In this document: piece by piece, positions 17,060 to 26,004 of the stretch
How the letters are laid out: every line of letters starts with the position of its first letter
Numbering within the stretch: the stretch's first letter is position 1
DNA from: an uncultured Dehalococcoidia bacterium
GTDB taxonomy: Bacteria > Chloroflexota > Dehalococcoidia > SZUA-161
Length of the DNA stretch: 50,743 nucleotides
Direction: 5' to 3'
Assembly (NCBI GenBank): GCA_964449845.1
Contig: CAYVES010000003.1
Span: 1-50,743 of the forward strand
Notes under the pieces: generated by a model
Told to the model about the DNA's origin: nothing
What the model saw: only the letters and a program-made list of their open reading frames with translations
Database searches by the model: none
Program-made: the position numbers and the translations under genes

Positions 17060-18169
17060 ATGGTGGGGTCTGTGACCGAAGCTGAAATTGCCAATCTGGA
17101 TACTGTTGTTGCCGCCCTCCCTGTGGCCGAGAGGGAGCTTTTTGGACGCATCTACGAGATTGGTGTAGCTAAAGGGCAGCTAAAGCCTCCGCAGAGTATG
17201 AGGCCGTGGATTGAGGAGCATTTTGGCTCGGTAGACAAAACTCTGGAGCAAAGGATCGTTCGGGTCACGAACCTGGTTACTCTAGAGGAGGCGCTTTTCA
17301 ATCAACTGCGGGCGAGCCGGCCTGAGGGGAAAAGCCTTGTTTCCAGGCTCTGGGACTCAGAGACGGAAGAGCCGCAAGGTCAACTATTCCGCGATGCCCT
17401 GGCTGCGACGCCAGAAGATATCTTTGGCAGGGTTAAGGGGAAGCACTGTATTACTGCCAGCAATGTTGCGAAGTACGAGGGCTTTCACGGCGTGATAATC
17501 TTCAGGGAGCCCGACTCGCTTCGGTTCACCAGAGAGCAGGTGATCGATTACATCGATACAGGCTGGAAGTGGGCGCAGAAAGCGCACACCGCCGACCCTG
17601 CAGCGAGGTACTTCTTCTTCATGTGGAACTGTGGGGGGAGAGCAGGCGCTTCCATACCGCACGGACATGCGCAGGTTATGCTTGCCAGGCGGAGGCACTA
17701 TGCCAAGGTGGAGCAACTTCGCCGTGCTGCCCTTTCTTATAGAGATCGGTACGGGTCGAGCTATTTTGATGACTTATACCGGGTTCACCACGCGCTGGGC
17801 TGCGGTTTGGAGAAAGAAGGGGTCAGGGTTATGGCGTACCTGACGCCTGTCAAAGAGAAGGAAGTTGTTTTAATAGCGCAGGAGCTTGGTAGGTCGCTGA
17901 AGGAAAGGCTCTATGAGGTTCTGGCTTGTTTCCGCGACCTGATGGGGGTGACCTCTTTCAATGCCGCTCTGCTTATGCCTCCCATTGCCCCGGTGGAGGA
18001 GGACTGGGGGGGATTTCCGGTGATTGCTCGTGTTGTTGATCGCGGCAGTCCCGGAAGCAAGGCCTCAGACATTGGAACCATGGAGCTTTACGCCTCGAGC
18101 GTCATCTCCAGCGACCCGTTTCATGTTGCGCAGGTGGTGAGGGAGGGGTTGGGGGGTAGCTACTCATGA
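17060..18169 (+). CDS. GalT-like HIT-superfamily nucleotidyltransferase/phosphorylase-like protein (function unknown)
   Basis: WNCGGRAGASIPHGHAQVM contains an HxHxQ motif like the GalT active site (HPHGQ). Its start lies 3 nt after the purH stop. Confidence 0.45.
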   Translation: MVGSVTEAEIANLDTVVAALPVAERELFGRIYEIGVAKGQLKPPQSMRPWIEEHFGSVDKTLEQRIVRVTNLVTLEEALFNQLRASRPEGKSLVSRLWDSETEEPQGQLFRDALAATPEDIFGRVKGKHCITASNVAKYEGFHGVIIFREPDSLRFTREQVIDYIDTGWKWAQKAHTADPAARYFFFMWNCGGRAGASIPHGHAQVMLARRRHYAKVEQLRRAALSYRDRYGSSYFDDLYRVHHALGCGLEKEGVRVMAYLTPVKEKEVVLIAQELGRSLKERLYEVLACFRDLMGVTSFNAALLMPPIAPVEEDWGGFPVIARVVDRGSPGSKASDIGTMELYASSVISSDPFHVAQVVREGLGGSYS

Positions 18170-18174
18170 GATAG

Positions 18175-18228
18175 ATTCCCGCTTGCGCGGGAATGACAGA
18201 ATCATATCACTCCTGCGGAAGCAGGAGT
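18175..18228. repeat. two tandem 8-bp-stem hairpins
   Basis: ATTCCCGC-ttgc-GCGGGAAT (18175-18194) and ACTCCTGC-ggaa-GCAGGAGT (18209-18228), between the GalT-like stop and the GT2 start. Confidence 0.8.
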
Positions 18229-18286
18229 CTAGAAAGTGGAACAGGGGCGCAGTAGTTTGTAGGCAGTGATCACGTGGGGCGAAATA

Positions 18287-18991
18287 ATGAACAGCGTTGA
18301 TGTTGTTGTCCCTGTTTATAACGAGGAAGGGGCGCTGGCTGGCAGCGTGGCTGTCCTGCGGGATTTTCTCGCTGAGAATCTCTCGTGCCGCTGGCAGATT
18401 ACTATCGCCGATAACGGCTCTGTTGATGGGACGCTGGCTATTGCTAAGGAGTTGTCCGAGCAATACCCCGATGTGCGATATGTACAACTGGAGCTAAAGG
18501 GACGTGGCCGTGCCTTGAGAAAAGCATGGCTGGAGAGCGATGCGGACGCAGTATCCTACATGGATGTCGATCTTTCAACTAAGCTGGATGCCTTCCCAGA
18601 GTTGATCCGTGCCCTCGACGAGGGTTATGACATCGCTATTGGCTCTCGACTGATGAAGGGCTCCAAGGTAAAACGCAGCCTGAAGCGTGAGATCACCTCA
18701 CGTGGCTATAATCTGCTGATTAGAGCGATGTTCTGCTCCAGTTTTAGCGATGCCCAGTGCGGCTTTAAGGCGGTGAAACGCGATGTGGCGCAGAAGCTTG
18801 TACCCCTAATTAGGGATCAGGCTTGGTTTTTTGACACCGAGCTCCTGCTCCTCGCGGCGATGAAAGGCTATCGCATCAAAGATGTGCCCGTGGAATGGGT
18901 AGAGGATGAGGATACCAGGGTGCGCATCGCCAGCACCGCCTGGGAGGACATAAAGGGCCTGCTTCGGCTGCGCTTCCGTCCTCCCCGTTAG
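18287..18991 (+). CDS. family 2 glycosyltransferase (polyprenyl-phosphate sugar synthase-like)
   Basis: MNSVDVVVPVYNEE..., ...ADNGSVDGT..., ...YMDVDLST... (DxD). I prefer ATG 18287 to the track's GTG 18266. Confidence 0.8.
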   Translation: MNSVDVVVPVYNEEGALAGSVAVLRDFLAENLSCRWQITIADNGSVDGTLAIAKELSEQYPDVRYVQLELKGRGRALRKAWLESDADAVSYMDVDLSTKLDAFPELIRALDEGYDIAIGSRLMKGSKVKRSLKREITSRGYNLLIRAMFCSSFSDAQCGFKAVKRDVAQKLVPLIRDQAWFFDTELLLLAAMKGYRIKDVPVEWVEDEDTRVRIASTAWEDIKGLLRLRFRPPR

Positions 18992-18998
18992 AATGAGC

Positions 18999-19025
18999 GG
19001 TGGGTTTCGCTGCGCTACACCCACC
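18999..19025. repeat. hairpin GGTGGGT-(13 nt)-ACCCACC
   Basis: Perfect 7-bp stem immediately after the GT2 stop; REP- or terminator-like. Confidence 0.6.
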
Positions 19026-19071
19026 CTACAACTGTTAGGAGCAAAGATGCAGGCTAGAAAAGGAGGGAGAA

Positions 19072-20583
19072 GTGGAGGTAAGGGTTATCTCGGGCGACAT
19101 CACCAAGGTTAAGGTCGATGCTGCTATAGTCAATCTCTTCGAAGGGGTCGAGTATGCCGGTGGCGCCACGCGCGCTGTCGATCAAGCGTTAGGCGGGACC
19201 ATAAGTCAGCTTATCTACGAGGGCGAGATCAAGGGCAAGCTCAACGAGGTCACGCTGATCCACACGATGGGCAAGATGGAGGCGGAGCGGGTGGCGGTGG
19301 TGGGGTTGGGTAAGCAAGAGAAGTTCACCTATGACGCCATTCGTGGGGTGATGGCGGTGACATGTCGTTTTCTGAGGAAGGTTGGAGCCAAACGGGTGGC
19401 AACCATCATCCACGGGGCGGGGGCGGGTGGCATGGACGTGGGGAGGGCGGTTCAGGCTCTCACGGAGGGGAGTATCCTCGGCCTTTATGAATTCCGTAAG
19501 CATATTACCAAGGAGCCGGAGCACGGAGAGATCGAGGAACTGCTGATAGTGGAGCGGGATGAAAGCAGGTTGTCTTCTTTACATAACGGTGTTACCTGTG
19601 GTAGGGTGCTGGCCGAGGCCACCAATTTTGCCCGGGATATGATCAATCAGCCTGCTAACTGTATGACTCCCTCTGATATGGCGGAGGTGGCGCGGGGTAT
19701 TGCTGCTGAGTGGGGACTGGAGTTCAACGTGCTTGAGCGAGATGCGATGGAGGAGCTGGGGATGGGAGCGCTCTTGGGTGTTGCCCAGGGGAGCAGGCAA
19801 CCCCCCAAGTTCATTGTTATGGGCTATCGGGGGGGTAATGCTGCGGCGGGCCCGTTGGGTCTGATCGGCAAAGGGATAACCTTCGATTCGGGAGGCATCT
19901 CGATCAAGCCTTCGGAGGGTATGGACGAGATGAAGGCGGATATGGCGGGTGGAGCTGCGGTCATCGCTGCTATGAGAGCCATCGCTGAGCTCAAGCCCGC
20001 GATTAACGTGACCGGGCTCGTGCCGGCGACGGAGAACCTGCCGGGGGGGGCTGCGCTCAAGCCGGGGGATGTCCTCAAGGCGTTGAATGGCAAGACGATA
20101 GAGGTGGTCAATACCGACGCCGAAGGACGGTTGATTGTGGCCGATGCCCTCAGCTATGCCAGGAAGCTGGGTCTCTCTCCCTTGGTAGATGCCGCCACGC
20201 TGACGGGTGCCTGCCGCATAGCCTTGGGCGACATCTGCAGTGGCGCTTTCGGTAACAATCAGGAGCTGGTGGCTAAGGTGATTAAGGCTGGTGAGGAGGC
20301 GGGGGAGAGGATTTGGCAGCTTCCAATGTATGAGGAGTACAAGGAGCAGAACAGGAGCGAGGTCGCTGATGTCAAGAACACGGGGGGGAGGTATGCTGGG
20401 GCCATCACTGCTGCTCAGTTTCTGGCTGAGTTCAGCGAGGATACGCCATGGGTCCATTTGGACATCGCTGGCCCTTCGTTCGTCAAGAAGGAGCAGGGTT
20501 ATCTGACTAAGGGGGCGACGGGGGTCGGGGTGAGAACGCTGGTCAATCTTGTTCTAGCTCTTGCTGAGGAGCAGTCAAAATGA
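19072..20583 (+). CDS. pepA: leucyl aminopeptidase (M17)
   Basis: 503 aa; NTDAEGRL signature, ...GKGITFDSGG..., and an AAAAGGAGGGAG RBS before GTG. Confidence 0.9.
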   Translation: MEVRVISGDITKVKVDAAIVNLFEGVEYAGGATRAVDQALGGTISQLIYEGEIKGKLNEVTLIHTMGKMEAERVAVVGLGKQEKFTYDAIRGVMAVTCRFLRKVGAKRVATIIHGAGAGGMDVGRAVQALTEGSILGLYEFRKHITKEPEHGEIEELLIVERDESRLSSLHNGVTCGRVLAEATNFARDMINQPANCMTPSDMAEVARGIAAEWGLEFNVLERDAMEELGMGALLGVAQGSRQPPKFIVMGYRGGNAAAGPLGLIGKGITFDSGGISIKPSEGMDEMKADMAGGAAVIAAMRAIAELKPAINVTGLVPATENLPGGAALKPGDVLKALNGKTIEVVNTDAEGRLIVADALSYARKLGLSPLVDAATLTGACRIALGDICSGAFGNNQELVAKVIKAGEEAGERIWQLPMYEEYKEQNRSEVADVKNTGGRYAGAITAAQFLAEFSEDTPWVHLDIAGPSFVKKEQGYLTKGATGVGVRTLVNLVLALAEEQSK

Positions 20584-20616
20584 ATACCACGGGAGTTCTA
20601 TTAAGGAGGTTCTATT

Positions 20617-21261
20617 GTGAAGGTCAAATGGCTTGGACACTCAGCTTTTGTGATCACTGCCGATGATGGTACGAGGATTATGACTGACCCCTACGGTAAG
20701 TATCCTGACCTCCACTATGAGCCGATACAAGAGGCAGTTGACATCGTGGTTGTCACCCACAAGCATGGCGATCATTGGGGAGCCAAGATCATAGGCAATC
20801 CTAAGATAGTTGGCGGGAAGGGCACGACAAAGATAGGTGGCATCGAATTCAAGGGGCTGCAAACTTACCATGATACGTCAAAGGGGAGGGATAGGGGAGA
20901 GAATACGGTGTTCTGTTTCATCGTGGATGGGCTGCGACTCTGTCATTTGGGAGACTTAGGGCACCAGCTAGCGGAGTCCGAGATTGCCGAGATGGGGCAG
21001 GTCCATGTTCTGATGATCCCTGTGGGAGGCTACTACACTATAGATGCGGTCACGGCTAGCAGGATTTGTGATCAGATCAAGCCCAGAGTGATAATTCCCA
21101 TGCATTATAAGAATGACAAGTGCGCTTTTCCTATATCTGGGGTGGATGAGTTCCTTAAAGGCAAGTCTGGGGTTAAGAGGTTGGATTCCAGTGAAGCGGA
21201 GTTGAAGTTGGAGCAACTGCCGGAAGCGACTGAGATTATGGTACTGAAGCATGCTCTCTAG
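20617..21261 (+). CDS. MBL-fold metal-dependent hydrolase (UPF0173-like)
   Basis: MKVKWLGHSAFVI..., HKHGDHWG (HxHxDH), 214 aa. Confidence 0.8.
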   Translation: MKVKWLGHSAFVITADDGTRIMTDPYGKYPDLHYEPIQEAVDIVVVTHKHGDHWGAKIIGNPKIVGGKGTTKIGGIEFKGLQTYHDTSKGRDRGENTVFCFIVDGLRLCHLGDLGHQLAESEIAEMGQVHVLMIPVGGYYTIDAVTASRICDQIKPRVIIPMHYKNDKCAFPISGVDEFLKGKSGVKRLDSSEAELKLEQLPEATEIMVLKHAL

Positions 21262-21276
21262 GGGGGTGCTCCCAAA

Positions 21277-21306
21277 TTGACACTGCAGAGGGGGATAAAG
21301 TATAAT
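21277..21306 (+). promoter_or_regulatory. consensus sigma70-like promoter of the rpmH operon
   Basis: TTGACA (21277-21282), 18-nt spacer, TATAAT (21301-21306), 25 nt before the rpmH ATG. Confidence 0.55.
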
Positions 21307-21330
21307 AGCGCACAAGCAAGGCGGTAAAAG

Positions 21331-21468
21331 ATGCCAAAGCGAACCTATCAGCCGAAGAGGATTCCCAGGAAACGTAAGCATGGTTTTCGCGGTCGCATGG
21401 CGACTCGTGGTGGGCGGATGATTCTGAAACGGAGACGGCTGAAGGGTCGCTACCGGCTTGCGGTATAG
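21331..21468 (+). CDS. rpmH: 50S ribosomal protein L34 (below the ORF-track size cut-off)
   Basis: Translates to [45 protein letters not shown] (45 aa), stop TAG 21466-21468. Confidence 0.93.
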   Translation: MPKRTYQPKRIPRKRKHGFRGRMATRGGRMILKRRRLKGRYRLAV

Positions 21469-21486
21469 GGTTGCTGCAGTGGCGGA

Positions 21487-21849
21487 ATGGGTAAAGAGGA
21501 GAGGCTGAGGAAGGACTCACAGTTTGCTGAGATTCGTGAACATGGGGAGACGTGGGCGTGTGATCTTGTCGTTCTCAAAGCAGCACCCAACGGTCTGGGA
21601 CGGAACCGATACGGATTTGTAGCTGGAAAGCGCTTGGGCAAGGCGGTGGTGCGCAATAGGGTGAAGAGGCTGTTGCGCGAGGTAGCAAGAGCGACCGCAA
21701 CTAAGCCAGGGTGGGACATGGTGTTCATTGCCCGTAACAGGGCAGCAACAGCGAACTATCAGCAGGTAGCAGTAGCTGTGACAAGGTTGCTCCGCCGGGC
21801 TCAGATGCTGGCAGATGGGAGCGAAGCCAGTCGAATGGGTAGGGCATAG
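21487..21849 (+). CDS. rnpA: ribonuclease P protein component
   Basis: 120 aa, basic; ...[25 protein letters not shown]... (RNR motif). It directly follows rpmH. Confidence 0.88.
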   Translation: MGKEERLRKDSQFAEIREHGETWACDLVVLKAAPNGLGRNRYGFVAGKRLGKAVVRNRVKRLLREVARATATKPGWDMVFIARNRAATANYQQVAVAVTRLLRRAQMLADGSEASRMGRA

Positions 21850-21851
21850 GT

Positions 21852-22061
21852 ATGAAGAGGTTTGCATTAAGCCTAATAAGGTTCTATCGGTTGGCAATTT
21901 CTGCAAACACGCCTCCTTCGTGTCGTTTCGTGCCCTCTTGTTCCCAATATGGCTATGAGGCGATTGAGAAGTATGGCGTGGCAAGGGGTAGTTGGCTAAT
22001 TGCAAGGCGGATCTGCCGTTGTCATCCCCTGGGCAAAGGTGGTGTGGACCCTGTGCCTTGA
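21852..22061 (+). CDS. yidD: membrane protein insertion efficiency factor YidD
   Basis: 69 aa; ...[19 protein letters not shown]...CHPL..GG.DPVP. Confidence 0.9.
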   Translation: MKRFALSLIRFYRLAISANTPPSCRFVPSCSQYGYEAIEKYGVARGSWLIARRICRCHPLGKGGVDPVP

Positions 22062-22112
22062 CCTCTTTCCCTCCCTTGTCAGGTTCTGCCTATTTGTTAG
22101 TGGTTTTTCTGA

Positions 22113-23300
22113 ATGTTTGACATCAAACGAACTAGATCGACGAAACCCATTGTCATCGCTATTCTCCTCGGCATTCTAGCCCTTTCGGGCTGCATTGGCC
22201 CCAGGGGGTGGCCTGGGGTTGTGGTAGATGGAGACGGAGACACAGTGTATGTTGGTTCCATGGGCGGCAGGGTTGTTCGTCTGGAGGTCTCTGCTCGTCA
22301 GGAGGACAAGAAGGTTCCAGCCAAGGCTGATGGCGAGTGGGTGTGGGAGCCGGAAGCGGAGCAAGCAGGTAGTATCTTTAGCTGTGCTGCGGGAGGACGG
22401 TTTGGGGCTGGGATGCTCTACGGTGCTCCAGTAGTAGGCAATAATACCGTCTATGTTGGGGACTACAAGGGGAAGGTCTATGCTATTGATGCCGAGCACG
22501 GGGACGATGTGTGGGAAGAGCCCTTTGAAAGTGGAGGCAGTATCGCGGGCGGTATCGCTGTTGCTGACGACACGCTCTTCGTTGGTTCCTCCGATGGGAA
22601 GCTCTATGCTGTGGACGTAAGCACAGGTAGGGCGAAAGGGGGCTTCGAGCCTTACGCGACTGCAGACCAGATAGTGTCAACACCTGTAGTCCAGGATGGT
22701 GTGGTCTACTTTGGGTCTTTGGATCACAAGCTGTACGCCATAGATGCTGACACAGGTGAACTCAAATGGGATTTCAAAACCGGTGGGGGTGTTGCCTCCA
22801 GAGCGCTGATCGTGGGGGGAGGTGTCTATTTTGGCTCCTTTGATAGCAAATTCTATGCCGTTTACGCTGATACTGGCGAGCCAAAATGGGAGCAACCCTT
22901 TGAAGCGGGAAACTGGTTTTGGGCTGAGGCACTTCACCATGATGGCATCATCTATGCCTGCTCCCTGGATCACAACGTCTATGCCATAGACGCTGAAAGT
23001 GGGAAATTGGCGAGCGAATGGGATCCCAACCCCTTTCCTACCGAAGATCAGATCAGGTCATCTCCTGTTATAGTGGGTGATGTGCTAGTAGTGGCCTCCG
23101 AGGATGGCAAGGTCTACGGCCTCGACTTGGAGAGTGGGGATGAGGTGTGGCAGAGTGATCTTGAGAGTAGCATCCTTGCCTCTCTTTCTACCGCTGGTGG
23201 TATTGTCTACGTGAATGCTCGGAACGACAACACACTCTATGCCTTTGATGGCAAGACCGGTCGCGAGGAATGGAGTGTTTCGCTTAGTGATGTTAAGTGA
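22113..23300 (+). CDS. PQQ-like (BamB-like) beta-propeller repeat lipoprotein
   Basis: Lipobox LALSGC follows a signal peptide. Repeated ...G.VY.GS.DGKLYA.D..TG...W modules occur about seven times. Confidence 0.75.
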   Translation: MFDIKRTRSTKPIVIAILLGILALSGCIGPRGWPGVVVDGDGDTVYVGSMGGRVVRLEVSARQEDKKVPAKADGEWVWEPEAEQAGSIFSCAAGGRFGAGMLYGAPVVGNNTVYVGDYKGKVYAIDAEHGDDVWEEPFESGGSIAGGIAVADDTLFVGSSDGKLYAVDVSTGRAKGGFEPYATADQIVSTPVVQDGVVYFGSLDHKLYAIDADTGELKWDFKTGGGVASRALIVGGGVYFGSFDSKFYAVYADTGEPKWEQPFEAGNWFWAEALHHDGIIYACSLDHNVYAIDAESGKLASEWDPNPFPTEDQIRSSPVIVGDVLVVASEDGKVYGLDLESGDEVWQSDLESSILASLSTAGGIVYVNARNDNTLYAFDGKTGREEWSVSLSDVK

Positions 23301-23314
23301 TATAGAGATAAGCT

Positions 23315-24355
23315 ATGCCTAAAACTAGGACTATTGTTCTCCTGCTCTTAGCAGTGCTGATTATTCTATTTGCCTCTGGGGCTGTCTCTTTTGTAGGTCT
23401 CTTCGACCTTGTGCTGCTACGACCTATTTTGAATGTCCTGGTTCTGCTGTCCGGGTATCTTTTCGGCAGCTTCGGGCTGTCCATTGTCGTACTGACTGTC
23501 ATTATCCGCCTGCTTACATTGCCGCTCACCATGAGGCAGTTGCATTCTGCCAGGGCAATGCAGGCGATACAGCCTAGGGTTAAGGAGCTGCAGAAGAAAT
23601 ATGCCAAGGATAAACAGCGACTCGGTGAGGAGACGATGAAGCTCTACAAGGAAGAGGGAGTAAACCCCCTAGGCTGTGCCTTTCCCATGCTGGTGCAGTT
23701 TCCCATCTGGATTGGCCTTTACCAGGCGGTTATTCAAGGTCTGGGCATAGCTCCCGAATACCTTCTTGGCTTGTCTAAACAGCTCTATTCGTGGGCGCCA
23801 ATTCAGGGTCAGGTGCCACTGAACAGCCACTTCCTCTGGCTTGATCTTGGGAGTGGGGATATCTTCATGGGCATACTGGTGGCGGCAAGTATGTGGGTAT
23901 TACAGAAAATGTCGACGCAGCCATCGGCTGACCCTACGCAACAGTCTATGAGCCGCATTATGTTGTGGGTGATGCCCCTGATGTTTGGCTTCTTCGCTTT
24001 AACATTTCCCAGTGGACTCTCCCTGTACTGGGTACTCACCAATCTCATAAGCATAGTGATACAATACCGCGTGTCTGGCTGGGGAACTTTGAAGGTTCCC
24101 TCTCTGTCTTCTCTGACACAAGGAAGGCTACTGCAGCCGGCCAATATCCCACAAAGTAATGGGGGAACTTCAGGCAGGAGTGGGGGAGGTGGTGACATTG
24201 GGGCTCCGCAGCTAGAGGGGGCTGAGGCAGATAACGCGGTTCTTGGAAGAAAGGGAGCCGATGGAGCCGATGGGGCCGATGGGAGTTCCGCTCGAAAGAA
24301 GGTTCGTAATGGAAAGCATCGAGATAAGCGCAAAGTCCGAAGAAGAAGCCGTTGA
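23315..24355 (+). CDS. yidC: YidC/Oxa1 family membrane protein insertase with a basic C-terminal tail
   Basis: ...LTVIIRLLTLPLT.RQ..S...MQ.IQP....LQKKY..D.... motif, 346 aa, tail ...KHRDKRKVRRRSR. Confidence 0.88.
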   Translation: MPKTRTIVLLLLAVLIILFASGAVSFVGLFDLVLLRPILNVLVLLSGYLFGSFGLSIVVLTVIIRLLTLPLTMRQLHSARAMQAIQPRVKELQKKYAKDKQRLGEETMKLYKEEGVNPLGCAFPMLVQFPIWIGLYQAVIQGLGIAPEYLLGLSKQLYSWAPIQGQVPLNSHFLWLDLGSGDIFMGILVAASMWVLQKMSTQPSADPTQQSMSRIMLWVMPLMFGFFALTFPSGLSLYWVLTNLISIVIQYRVSGWGTLKVPSLSSLTQGRLLQPANIPQSNGGTSGRSGGGGDIGAPQLEGAEADNAVLGRKGADGADGADGSSARKKVRNGKHRDKRKVRRRSR

Positions 24356-24980
24356 TCTCGCTCTGGCTGAACTGGGGCTGAGTCGTTCTGAGGTGGAGGT
24401 AGTTGTTGTCAAAAAAGGAAGGGGTGGCCTATTTGGGTTAGGCTCAGAAGAGGTCACGGTGAGGGTGACACCGCTAGCACCGTTGTCCAACGAGTACCTT
24501 GACGTGGGAGGTATGGCCAAAGAGGTCTTAGAGAGTCTTCTATCTCTGGTAGAAATATCTGCGAGCGTTAAGCTGCAGGCAGAAGGCAGCGGTGATCAAG
24601 CGGTGACCTCACTTGACATAGAGGGCGAGGACCTGGGCATCCTCATCGGAAGACGTGGTGAGACCCTTTCCTCACTGCAGTATTTGGTTAACCTTATTGT
24701 CAGCAGGCGTCTCAAATCTGGTGTCGGTGTGGTCGTTGATGTTGAGGGCTATCGGCAACGGCGTTACGAGTCTTTGCGACTCCTGGCCCGACGTCTCGCA
24801 GATCAGGTGAGATCTACAGGTAGATCGGTGACCCTGGAGCCTATGTCTGCCGGTGAACGCAGGATTATCCACCTGGAACTGAGAGATAATCCTTATGTGA
24901 GCACCCAGAGCATCGGGCAGGGCGAAGCTCGCAAAGTAGCTATCCTTTCCAAGGGCAATAGCGGGGAGAATCTGCCCTGA
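24309..24980 (+). CDS. jag: Jag/KhpB (R3H, KH-like) RNA-binding protein
   Basis: MESIEISAKSEEEAVDLALAELG... (Jag_N), ...LEPMSAGERRIIHLEL... (R3H). Starting at ATG 24309 overlaps the yidC tail by 47 nt. Confidence 0.85.
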   Translation: MESIEISAKSEEEAVDLALAELGLSRSEVEVVVVKKGRGGLFGLGSEEVTVRVTPLAPLSNEYLDVGGMAKEVLESLLSLVEISASVKLQAEGSGDQAVTSLDIEGEDLGILIGRRGETLSSLQYLVNLIVSRRLKSGVGVVVDVEGYRQRRYESLRLLARRLADQVRSTGRSVTLEPMSAGERRIIHLELRDNPYVSTQSIGQGEARKVAILSKGNSGENLP

Positions 24981-25095
24981 TCTTCTTACTTCGGCGTCCC
25001 ATCACCGCCAATGTTGTTTACGGGGCTTCATTTGTATTGTGACCACTGACTAAAGAGAGAACTGTTTACGCTACTAACTAAGCAGGAGGTAGCCA

Positions 25096-25878
25096 ATGGA
25101 GTTCAGCAACGTAGTTTTTGAGAAGAAGGAGGGAGCGGCAAAGATAACCCTGAACCGCCCCGAGGTGCTCAATGCTCTGGATGCGAAAACACTAGAGGAA
25201 CTGGCTGCGGCCATTGAGGATATTGAGAACGATGTCTCGGTTAGGGTCGCGGTGATCACCGCTAATGGAAGGGCGTTCTGCACCGGCGCTGACCTCGCTG
25301 GCATAGCCACTCTTCCCCCCGACAAGCCTCGGGACTACTTCCTTCGTCTCTGGAACAAGGTATTCAGCGCTATCGAGAACGTGAGCGTGCCAGTGATAGC
25401 GGCAGTAAACGGCATGGCCTACGCCGGCGGTCTGGAGTTAGTTATGGTTTGTGATCTGGCTATCGCTTCGGAAGATGCCAAGCTCTCTGATCAGCATGCC
25501 AACTATGGTTTGCTGCCTGGGGGCGGTGCCAGCCAGAGATTACCTCGCCTTATTGGCATCAGGAAAGCAAAAGAGCTTCTTTTCACAGGTGATCGGATCT
25601 CTGCGGCTGAGGCAGAGAGGCTTGGGCTGATCAATAGGGCTGTTCCTGCTGATAAACTGGAGGAGGCGACTAACGAGCTGGTAACGAAGCTATTGGGCAA
25701 GAGCCCGATGGCTCTGAAGGCTGTCAAGAGATTAGTCAATCGCGGAATGGAAAGCAGTCTGGATGCTGGCCTGGAGATGGAGATGCTGGCTATGACTGGA
25801 CATGGCACGACAGAGGATATGGCTGAGGGGATAAAGGCATTTATAGAAAGGCGGCCGCCAGCATTCCCAGGAAGGTAG
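25096..25878 (+). CDS. enoyl-CoA hydratase/isomerase (crotonase) family protein
   Basis: 260 aa; ...RPEVLNALD..., ...FCTGADL..., ...AAVNGMAYAGGLEL... Confidence 0.88.
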   Translation: MEFSNVVFEKKEGAAKITLNRPEVLNALDAKTLEELAAAIEDIENDVSVRVAVITANGRAFCTGADLAGIATLPPDKPRDYFLRLWNKVFSAIENVSVPVIAAVNGMAYAGGLELVMVCDLAIASEDAKLSDQHANYGLLPGGGASQRLPRLIGIRKAKELLFTGDRISAAEAERLGLINRAVPADKLEEATNELVTKLLGKSPMALKAVKRLVNRGMESSLDAGLEMEMLAMTGHGTTEDMAEGIKAFIERRPPAFPGR

Positions 25879-25930
25879 TGTGGGCTGAAAAAGTAGCCAA
25901 CTTCTGAACGCTGCCAGCGAGCACAAGGGG

Positions 25931-25959
25931 TTGCATTTTAGCTCAAAAAGTGCTATACT
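25931..25959 (+). promoter_or_regulatory. sigma70-like promoter upstream of nusA
   Basis: TTGCAT (25931-25936), 17-nt spacer, TATACT (25954-25959). Confidence 0.4.
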
Positions 25960-25980
25960 CGCTCCGCAACGATCGGGAGC

Positions 25981-26004
25981 AAAGTGGGTTTCACCCACTT
26001 TTTT
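25981..26004 (+). promoter_or_regulatory. leader hairpin plus T-run between the promoter and nusA (possible attenuator)
   Basis: AAAGTGGG-tttca-CCCACTTT gives an 8-bp stem, with six consecutive T at 25999-26004, 45 nt before the nusA ATG. Confidence 0.3.

Noticed and set aside
20041-20048. G8 homopolymer inside pepA considered as a phase-variation tract.
   Set aside because: It encodes the in-frame conserved ...NLPGGAALKPGD... segment of M17 peptidases, and there is no evidence of a frame disruption.
19579-20457. Long antisense ORFs in the track: 292 aa opposite pepA, 294 aa at 28007-28891 opposite infB, 256 aa at 27268-28038, 249 aa at 26472-27221 opposite nusA, and 240 aa at 8494-9216 opposite HyuA.
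   Set aside because: Each lies entirely within, and antisense to, a gene with unmistakable family motifs. Their translations are Arg/Pro/Ser/Gly-rich low-complexity sequence typical of shadow frames in GC-rich coding DNA.
21262-21330. Possible oriC or DnaA-box cluster next to rpmH.
   Set aside because: There is no dnaA or dnaN gene in the window, and I found no clustered TTATCCACA-like boxes. The spacer is fully explained by a consensus promoter.
24243-24308. N-terminal extensions of track ORFs: jag 24243, rbfA 29793, PHP 32107, etfB 40841, 43426, 44060, tyrA 44875, aroA 45792, gmk 47385, GT2 18266.
   Set aside because: The extensions overlap upstream genes or repeat DNA and precede the conserved family N-termini. 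Internal starts with Shine-Dalgarno sequences fit better.
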